This document shows, piece by piece, positions 1-6,300 of a stretch of 8,356 nt of DNA. The stretch comes from Candidatus Helarchaeota ASGARD archaeon Hel_GB_B (GTDB lineage Archaea; Asgardarchaeota; Lokiarchaeia; Helarchaeales; HEL-GB-B): the NCBI GenBank assembly GCA_005191425.1, contig SUPR01000124.1:1-8356 (forward strand). The letters run 5' to 3'. The position numbers were made by a program, and so were the translations under genes. How positions within the stretch are numbered: position 1 is the first letter of the stretch; each line of letters opens with the position of its first letter. A model generated the notes under the pieces. That model saw only the letters and a program-made list of their open reading frames with translations. It made no database searches and was not told the origin of the DNA.

Positions 1-111
1 TAGATATGATTAAATTCTTCCAGAAATAATTAATAAAGAGCAATTATGCTTTATTTATTGTTAAAGATTGATGACATATACAAATCGATTCAATTAAGTT
101 TTGTGAGCTAA

Positions 112-864
112 ATGGCTGAAATGAACCCTACCAAATCTTATAGATTTAAAATTTATGACAATGGAAATTGGTTGAAAAAAGAAAGTGAGATTTGCATTGA
201 GAAAACATTTAATATTTTCGTAAACATTAGGAAAATTGCTAGTTTATTATGCATGCCCTTAGATTTAAAGGAATTAGCTGTTGGATTTTTAATTACGGAA
301 GGGATTATCAATGATATTAACATTATTAAATCAATTGAAATAAAAGGTATTAATATTATTGTTTATTCTGATAAATTTAATGCAAAGATCGATTATTGGA
401 TGGAAATACGAAGTTCTGGTTGTATTGGTGTTAAGAAATCATGGGAAAATTTAATTAAACCTTTTGATATAAAGATTAACATTGATCCAGAAGTTATTTT
501 CAAAGCACAACAAATACTTCAAGAATCTGGAAAAATTTGGAAAAAAACAGGCGGGACTCATATTGCTGGAATTTTTTCTCTTAAAAATGGTAAATTATTA
601 GAATATTCTGAAGATGTTGGGCGTCATAATGCAATTGATAAAGTAGTTGGTAAGATTTATCTAAAAAAAATTGATCCATCTTCTTGTTTTTTAGTAACGA
701 CTGGTCGTCAATCTGTTGGTATGGTCGGAAAAGTTGCAAGAGCGGGTATACCGATGATTGTGTCAAATACTGCCCCCCTGTCCCAAGGAATTGATTTAGC
801 GCGAAAATTAAATATGAAATTGATTTGTTTTTCTCGAGAACCAATATTCAATCTCTATTGTTAG
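112..864 (+). CDS. fdhD: Formate dehydrogenase accessory sulfurtransferase FdhD/NarQ family
   Basis: 250 aa with FdhD motifs: PLDLKELAVGFLITEGII, SSGC (putative catalytic Cys, codon 421), TGGTH, EDVGRHNAIDKVVG, TTGR, KVARAGIPMIVS..AP. Confidence 0.93.
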   Translation: MAEMNPTKSYRFKIYDNGNWLKKESEICIEKTFNIFVNIRKIASLLCMPLDLKELAVGFLITEGIINDINIIKSIEIKGINIIVYSDKFNAKIDYWMEIRSSGCIGVKKSWENLIKPFDIKINIDPEVIFKAQQILQESGKIWKKTGGTHIAGIFSLKNGKLLEYSEDVGRHNAIDKVVGKIYLKKIDPSSCFLVTTGRQSVGMVGKVARAGIPMIVSNTAPLSQGIDLARKLNMKLICFSREPIFNLYC

Positions 865-1020
865 AATATTTCCAGAGGAAAATTTTACTTCTAAAAGATT
901 CAAAAAATTTACTTGATTAAAAATATTAAATTCTAAAAGTTTATTAATAATTGATTATAAATTATTATTTAAATTCCAGAATTCATCATTGTAGGGTAAT
1001 AAATTCATTTATTCAATAGT

Positions 1021-1037
1021 TGAATTATTATGGTTAG
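1021..1037 (+). repeat. Direct repeat copy 1 (TGAATTATTATGGTTAG), spans the kptA start codon
   Basis: 16/17 identical to 1732-1748. Confidence 0.7.
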
Positions 1038-1725
1038 ATCTGTGTATTATTTTTGTAAGCAGTGTAATATTTATTTACCTGATAGTGAGATTGAAAATCA
1101 TTTAAAAGATTATCCTGGTCATATCCTTGAGGAAGTTTTCACAGATAAACAAAGAGTTCGTTTAAGTAAGTTGTTAAGTTTTTTGTTAAGACATAACCCG
1201 GAATCTCTTGATTTAAAATTGGAAAACAACGGTTTTACTACAATTACAATAGATGAATTAATTAAAAGAATAAAATACAGGCATAATTATGACTGGGTTA
1301 ATAAAAGAACAATAGAAGCTTTGGTTTTTTTAGACAAAAAAGGTAGGTTCGAAATAATTAATAATAGAATCAGAGCGAGATATGGGCACTCTATTAAAAA
1401 TATTAAGATCGATTATAATAATGGAAATATCCCAGATTTTTTATATCACGGGACAAGTAAAGATGCTTATTTGAGAATAAAAAATGAAGGTTTAAAAGCC
1501 AAAAATCGTAATCTGGTGCATCTGACCAGTTCTATTAAAGATGCTTTAGAAGTCGGTTATAGGCATTCAAAACATAGTCATCGTCCTATTATTTTAAGAA
1601 TTAATGTCAAAAAAGCGTTAGATAGTGGTATAAAAATATGGAAAGCCGGAAAAAATGTTTATGTATCTAAATTTATTCCCCCAAAATTTATTGAGCTGAA
1701 AACTAAGAAAAATGAAAAGAATTAA
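1030..1725 (+). CDS. kptA: RNA 2'-phosphotransferase (Tpt1/KptA) with N-terminal C2H2-like extension
   Basis: SKLLSFLLRH, KGRFE and IRARYGHS carry the Arg-His-Arg-Arg catalytic set. The C-terminal NAD+-binding ART lobe has LYHGT and VHLT. About 38 extra N-terminal residues contain C-x2-C-x11-H-x6-H. Confidence 0.95.
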   Translation: MVRSVYYFCKQCNIYLPDSEIENHLKDYPGHILEEVFTDKQRVRLSKLLSFLLRHNPESLDLKLENNGFTTITIDELIKRIKYRHNYDWVNKRTIEALVFLDKKGRFEIINNRIRARYGHSIKNIKIDYNNGNIPDFLYHGTSKDAYLRIKNEGLKAKNRNLVHLTSSIKDALEVGYRHSKHSHRPIILRINVKKALDSGIKIWKAGKNVYVSKFIPPKFIELKTKKNEKN

Positions 1726-1731
1726 TGGAAA

Positions 1732-1748
1732 TGAGTTATTATGGTTAG
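1732..1748 (+). repeat. Direct repeat copy 2 (TGAGTTATTATGGTTAG), spans the LRR start codon
   Basis: 16/17 identical to 1021-1037, 711 nt downstream. Confidence 0.7.
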
Positions 1749-3333
1749 TAATAAGATAAAAAACAATAAGAAACAAAAATTTTTAGATACTTATATACCA
1801 ATAAAATATACTAATCCTCAAATTAAATTAGAAAATGATGCAATTAAAGAAATTGAAGATATTCTTGGTGTTAAACTTGAAATAATTAATCGCGTTAAAG
1901 AAAAAATTAATTGTATAAATATCATAAATGGCAAAGTTATTGAATTAAGTATTAATCAATGGCCTATTGATTATATCCCAAATTCAATTACTAATTTAAA
2001 ATCTTTAAAAAAGTTAATTTTATTCTCTTATAATTTATCTTCACTTCCTGAAGACTTTGGTGCCCTAAAAAATTTAAAGCAATTGACAATCTCTCATAGT
2101 AATATTATAAAATTACCTGAGTCTTTCACAAAATTGGTAAATCTTGAAAAACTGACTATCAGCAATACCCCATTAACTGCATTACCAGAAAATTTTGGAG
2201 ATCTTATCAACCTTAAAGAATTTAGATTGATTAACACTAACGTCAGTTTATTACCTGATTCTTTTGAAAAATTGAAAAATTTAAAATTAGCGAGAATATC
2301 TAGCTGTCAAATAAATGTTTTGCCCGAAACCTTCTGTAATTTGCCATCACTACAAAAATTGACTATTTCAAATAATAAATTAACGATTTTACCATCAAAT
2401 TTTGAAAATCTAAAAGAAATAAAAGAATTGGATTTGAAGGGTAATAAAATTTCTTTTTTACCACCATCTATTGGTAATTTAAAAAATTTAGAAAAATTAG
2501 ACCTAAGATGGAATTATTTAACTGAATTACCCGATTCTATTGGTAATCTATTATCATTAAAATTTCTCAATTTAGCATTTAATCCATTAAAAAATCTCCC
2601 AGATTCAATAGGAAACTTAAAGAATCTTGAATATTTACATCTTGAACATACTGAATTAAAAAGTTTACCAGATTCTTTAGTAAAACTCTACCAGCTTAAA
2701 CATTTAATCCTAAATAATTGTCAAATTAAAAATTTACCTGATGATTTTAGTCAATTATTTGCATTACAAGTTTTAAAATTAAATAATAACCTAATAACAA
2801 AACTACCTTATACCATTACTCAATTGAATAATATTAAAGAAATCAATGTAAGATCAAACCAAATAGAATATCTCCCAAATTTTCGCTATGCTTCTTATTC
2901 TCTTGAAATTTTAAATTTAAGTTCAAATGCTTTATATTTTTTACCCAAAGCCATTGGAAATTTTAGGAATTTAAAGATATTAGACCTTGAAAATAATAAA
3001 TTAGTTAAAATTCCTGAATCTATTGGAAATTTAAAATCTCTTAAAATTCTTAAATTAAATAAAAATAATATCAATACAATTCCGCGTTCTATTTTTAAAT
3101 TAAAATCCTTGAAAGAATTGATTATCTATAATAATCCAATTACTAAAAATGACCTTTTTAGAAATCAATATCGTTATAAAAGGGATAAAGCTTCTATTTT
3201 TGAATTTATAAGAAAATTATTAAATTATGAATTTAAGAATAAAGTTGATATCAAAAATTTTGTTAAACAGTATAATATCGAAGGATTTTTATTTGATATT
3301 CATGATCCCGATTTTCAATTTACAAAAAAATGA
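1741..3333 (+). CDS. Leucine-rich repeat protein (17 full plus 1 partial 23-aa LRRs, LxxLxLxxNxLxxLPxxIGxLxx type)
   Basis: Uninterrupted 23-aa periodicity from VIELSINQWPIDYIPNSITNLKS to LKELIIYNNPI, with about 65 aa of N-terminal cap and about 63 aa of C-terminal tail. No catalytic domain recognised. Confidence 0.95.
   Translation: MVSNKIKNNKKQKFLDTYIPIKYTNPQIKLENDAIKEIEDILGVKLEIINRVKEKINCINIINGKVIELSINQWPIDYIPNSITNLKSLKKLILFSYNLSSLPEDFGALKNLKQLTISHSNIIKLPESFTKLVNLEKLTISNTPLTALPENFGDLINLKEFRLINTNVSLLPDSFEKLKNLKLARISSCQINVLPETFCNLPSLQKLTISNNKLTILPSNFENLKEIKELDLKGNKISFLPPSIGNLKNLEKLDLRWNYLTELPDSIGNLLSLKFLNLAFNPLKNLPDSIGNLKNLEYLHLEHTELKSLPDSLVKLYQLKHLILNNCQIKNLPDDFSQLFALQVLKLNNNLITKLPYTITQLNNIKEINVRSNQIEYLPNFRYASYSLEILNLSSNALYFLPKAIGNFRNLKILDLENNKLVKIPESIGNLKSLKILKLNKNNINTIPRSIFKLKSLKELIIYNNPITKNDLFRNQYRYKRDKASIFEFIRKLLNYEFKNKVDIKNFVKQYNIEGFLFDIHDPDFQFTKK
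1936..3141 (+). repeat. 69-nt-period coding repeat array (LRR units)
   Basis: 17 x 69 nt from 1936 to 3108, then a partial unit from 3109. TCTATTGGTAAT recurs exactly 69 nt apart (2467-2478 and 2536-2547). Confidence 0.9.
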
Positions 3334-3336
3334 AAA

Positions 3337-3876
3337 TTAACTAAAATTATAGCCAGTTTCAAAAGCTTTTATATTTATTTCTCTATTATTTTTCGTTATA
3401 GTATTATTAATTGAATGAATAATTGAATTGGATGAGACCAGATTTGTTTTTTTAATTAGTGCCCCTAAAATGATTATATTAGAGACCTTTTCATTGTCTA
3501 ATTTTCTTGCTAAAGATGTTGCTGGAATTTTTACATAAGTTTCATTTTCATTTACATCGATCAAATCTGAATTGATAAAAATCAATCCATTCTTTTTGAC
3601 ATCTGGTAAATAAAAATCAAAAGCTTCTTGTGATAAGGCAATTAAAATATCTATTTTATCAATAATAGGACATAAAATGGAATTACTATCCGAAATAATT
3701 ACATCACTTTTAACTTTCGTCCCTCGTTGCTCCGCACCATATGATTGTGTTTGAAGAGCATTCTTACCATCATAAATGGCAGCTTTGCCTAAGATAACAC
3801 TGACCAATATAATTCCCATGCCACCAAGTCCGCAAAATCTTATTTTCTGTTCATTGTCTACTTTTCCAGAACTCAT
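3337..3876 (-). CDS. korC: 2-oxoacid:ferredoxin oxidoreductase gamma subunit (KorC/PorC family)
   Basis: IRFCGLGGMGII, QTQSYGAEQRG, DILIALSQEA, IPAT..A, NIIILGAL, NIKAFETGY. Last gene of the operon, with a GGAGG SD 9 nt upstream. The kor symbol reflects family and gene order; substrate specificity is not proven. Confidence 0.9.
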   Translation of the reverse strand: MSSGKVDNEQKIRFCGLGGMGIILVSVILGKAAIYDGKNALQTQSYGAEQRGTKVKSDVIISDSNSILCPIIDKIDILIALSQEAFDFYLPDVKKNGLIFINSDLIDVNENETYVKIPATSLARKLDNEKVSNIIILGALIKKTNLVSSNSIIHSINNTITKNNREINIKAFETGYNFS

Positions 3877-4726
3877 TTTTAGCTGCCTCCTTTAATTTTT
3901 TATATAAAACATGAAAATCTGGTTTATCGATATCAACTATTTCACCAATTATGATTTTTCCTTCATGATCTGTGATAAAGCATTCTTCAAGAGAGCTAAA
4001 TAAATGGGAAGAAGTTTCATCACGAAATTTATCTGAATATTTAATAGAATTATTTAAATAATAATTAATGTATTCATGGGAACTTTTAAAACGTTTTCCG
4101 CTAACTGGACATGGAGATAACATTTCGATAAAAGAAAAACCTTTTTTCTTCAGTCCTTTTTTAATAGAATTGATAGCTTCTCTAGAATGGGCAGTTGTCC
4201 ACCTTGCTACATATGGTGCCCCAGCGGTTTTAGCTAAAAAAGCTAGGTTAAATGAATGTTCTATTGATTGATAAGGCGTAGTTGCAGTAAAACTACCCAT
4301 AGGTGTAGTTGGAGACGCTTGACCTCCTGTCATTCCAAAATTCTCATTATTAATACAAATCACTGTTATATCTATATTACGTCTAATTGCTTGCAAAAAA
4401 TGGTTTAATCCAATAGCTGCAAGGTCTCCATCTCCAGTAAAAACTATAACATCAAGTTTCGGATTTGTGGTTTTAATTCCGGTTGCAAATGCAATAGCTC
4501 TTCCATGGGTAGTATGTATTCCGTCAGTATCAAAATAAGCTGGTATTCTTGAAGAACAACCAATTCCTGAAACTAAAACAATATTATTTTTTGGTATTTT
4601 TAATTCATCAATTGCATGTAAAACATAATTAATAATTTGACCATTTCCACATCCTGGGCAGAATATTGATGGTAATAAATCATTTCTTAAATAATTATTT
4701 CGGAGATATTCAATTGTGGAAGTCAA
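3851..4726 (-). CDS. korB: 2-oxoacid:ferredoxin oxidoreductase beta subunit (TPP/[4Fe-4S]-binding)
   Basis: FCPGCG, SGIGCSS, HTTHGRA, GDGD..INNENFGMTGGQASPTTP, SPCP. The ORF-track GTG at 4735 lies inside the GAGGTGA SD, so TTG at 4726 (5-nt spacing) is the more likely start. Confidence 0.93.
   Translation of the reverse strand: MTSTIEYLRNNYLRNDLLPSIFCPGCGNGQIINYVLHAIDELKIPKNNIVLVSGIGCSSRIPAYFDTDGIHTTHGRAIAFATGIKTTNPKLDVIVFTGDGDLAAIGLNHFLQAIRRNIDITVICINNENFGMTGGQASPTTPMGSFTATTPYQSIEHSFNLAFLAKTAGAPYVARWTTAHSREAINSIKKGLKKKGFSFIEMLSPCPVSGKRFKSSHEYINYYLNNSIKYSDKFRDETSSHLFSSLEECFITDHEGKIIIGEIVDIDKPDFHVLYKKLKEAAKNEFWKSRQ
3886..3890 (-). promoter_or_regulatory. Shine-Dalgarno (GGAGG) for korC, inside korB
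   Basis: The minus strand reads GGAGG CAGCTAAAA ATG. Confidence 0.65.
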
Positions 4727-4730
4727 AAAA

Positions 4731-4738
4731 ATCACCTC
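4731..4738 (-). promoter_or_regulatory. Archaeal-type Shine-Dalgarno (GAGGTGAT) for korB, overlapping the korA stop
   Basis: The minus strand reads AAG AGG TGA TTTTT TTG; the TGA is the korA stop. Confidence 0.7.
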
Positions 4739-5904
4739 TTTTTAATCATTTTAAAGATTTCTTGTGGAGTTGGGATTTTACCACCAATTTTAAAGAATCC
4801 CTCAACTTCACAATTACCTCTTGAATATTCATTTACTTTATGAAATATTTGTCCAAGATTCATTTCAACTACTAGAAATTTTTTAATATCTAGAGATAAA
4901 TTATAGATTTTTTTATGAGGAAAAGGCCAAATAGTTATTAATCGGAGATATCCTACTTTATGACCTTTTTGTCTGGCATTTTCAACGGCGACTAAAGCTG
5001 ATCTAGATGGAATTCCATATGAAACTACAATGATTTCCGCATCTTTAGTATATTTCTCTTCATAAGTTATGATATCATCCCTATTATCTCGAATTTTTTC
5101 ATAAAATCTTTTTACTAATTTTTCATGAACTTCTTGGTCGTTTGGTGTAGGATATGCCTTCCAATTATGGGTTAAACCAGTCAGATAGGTATGATACTCA
5201 TCTCCAAATCGATCCATCTCAGGAACTTTTGTTGGTCTGACAAAACCAGTTCGAAATGGATGATATTTGGAGACATCGATAGTTACTGGAACTCGCGGGA
5301 TGATTTCCACCTCTTTTTGATTTGGAATTATAAGTTTTTCTCTGGTATGAGCTATGGTAGCATCTGATAAAAGTATAACAGGAACTCGATATTTATCGGC
5401 TAAATTAAAAGCTCTTATTGTAAGTGAAAGACTCTCTTGGACATCATTTGGATAAAGAACTATTACATAATGGTCTCCATGTGTACCCCACCGAGATTGC
5501 ATGACATCTCCTTGGGCTGGGAGAGTTGGCTGCCCTGTAGAAGGCCCAGATCTTTGAACATTTACAATGACACATGGAGTTTCGGTCATACATGCATATC
5601 CTATATTTTCCTGCATTAATGAGAATCCAGGTCCTGAAGTAGCAGTCATTGTCCTAAAATTATTCCAAGATGCTCCAATAACTGCTGCAATTGATGATAA
5701 TTCATCTTCCATTTGGAGACAAATCCCATCATCTAAAAGCGGAAGATATTTAGCCATACCTTCTAAAATTTCAGTAGCTGGAGTAATTGGATATCCTGCA
5801 AAAAACCGGCAATTTGCTAAAAGTGCTCCATAAACTATTGCTTCATTTCCCGTTGCAAATGTTAGTTTTGGAATTAAAATATCATCAACAGTTATTTTCT
5901 TCAC
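4732..5904 (-). CDS. korA: 2-oxoacid:ferredoxin oxidoreductase alpha subunit
   Basis: GNEAIVYGA, FFAGYPITPATEI, QMEDELSSI, TATSGPGFSLMQE, VQRSGPSTGQPT, VVEMNLGQ. The ORF-track ATG at 5961 overlaps korD by 55 nt. The in-frame GTG at 5904, 2 nt after the korD stop and preceded by GAGGAG, is preferred. Confidence 0.93.
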   Translation of the reverse strand: MKKITVDDILIPKLTFATGNEAIVYGALLANCRFFAGYPITPATEILEGMAKYLPLLDDGICLQMEDELSSIAAVIGASWNNFRTMTATSGPGFSLMQENIGYACMTETPCVIVNVQRSGPSTGQPTLPAQGDVMQSRWGTHGDHYVIVLYPNDVQESLSLTIRAFNLADKYRVPVILLSDATIAHTREKLIIPNQKEVEIIPRVPVTIDVSKYHPFRTGFVRPTKVPEMDRFGDEYHTYLTGLTHNWKAYPTPNDQEVHEKLVKRFYEKIRDNRDDIITYEEKYTKDAEIIVVSYGIPSRSALVAVENARQKGHKVGYLRLITIWPFPHKKIYNLSLDIKKFLVVEMNLGQIFHKVNEYSRGNCEVEGFFKIGGKIPTPQEIFKMIKKR

Positions 5905-5906
5905 TT

Positions 5907-6125
5907 TTAACCACTCTCCTCTAATACTGAAATCGCCATTTCTGGACAAATTAACTCGCATTTCTTACAATGAATGCATTGATTTGGGTCCACGATTTTA
6001 GGCAATATATATCCTTTTTTATTTAAATTTCCTGAATTAATAAATAACTTTTTCGGGCAAACTTCTATACAATTTCCGCATCCTTTTATTCCTTTACAGA
6101 GATTTTCATAAATTTTTATTATCAT
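5907..6125 (-). CDS. korD: 2x[4Fe-4S] ferredoxin, oxidoreductase delta subunit
   Basis: CKGIKGCGNCIEVCP and CIHCKKCELICPEMAI motifs, with NKKGY between them. First gene of the operon. Confidence 0.92.
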   Translation of the reverse strand: MIIKIYENLCKGIKGCGNCIEVCPKKLFINSGNLNKKGYILPKIVDPNQCIHCKKCELICPEMAISVLEESG

Positions 6126-6154
6126 ATTAATTCAGTATTTATTTTATTGAATAA

Positions 6155-6162
6155 TTTATATA
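6155..6162 (-). promoter_or_regulatory. Putative TATA box of the kor operon
   Basis: TATATAAA on the minus strand ends 29 nt upstream of the korD ATG. The AT-rich background weakens the call. Confidence 0.45.
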
Positions 6163-6300
6163 TCATCTCGTTCTTATTAGTTTATTAATATATTTTATTA
6201 TACGACTTGATTTAACACTCATAATCACATCATTAATATTTAAGTTCAAGATATTATATTTAAAAATAAAATAAAATTTTAAGATTTTTGAGTTGGTTAA

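Noticed and set aside
3-55. Possible end of an upstream gene (DMIKFFQK*, stop 27-29) followed by a bulged hairpin (32-55)
   Set aside because: Too short to support, and the hairpin is weak and A/T-only in its outer stem.
67-94. SECIS-like ATGA..AAA..GA pattern and possible selenocysteine read-through
   Set aside because: The spacing is far too short for a SECIS helix II, and no ORF has an in-frame TGA aligned with a catalytic Cys.
581-844. 87-aa minus-strand ORF
   Set aside because: Antisense shadow of fdhD with no motifs.
865-1029. Short repeats TTCTAAAAG and TTCCAGA in the spacer; CRISPR-like array or ncRNA
   Set aside because: Only 7-9 nt long, irregularly spaced, and with no stable GC-rich structure.
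1741-3333. LRR gene as a horizontally acquired low-GC island or DGR target
   Set aside because: The AT richness is explained by K/N/I/L/F-rich composition. No mobility genes, template repeat or reverse transcriptase are in the window.
4068-4271. 67-aa plus-strand ORF
   Set aside because: Antisense shadow inside korB.
5437-5833. 60-aa and 88-aa plus-strand ORFs
   Set aside because: Antisense shadows inside korA with no recognisable motifs.
6138-6275. AATAAAATAAA in both divergent leaders (minus 6148-6138; plus 6265-6275)
   Set aside because: A low-complexity A-rich word that is expected by chance in this intergenic composition.
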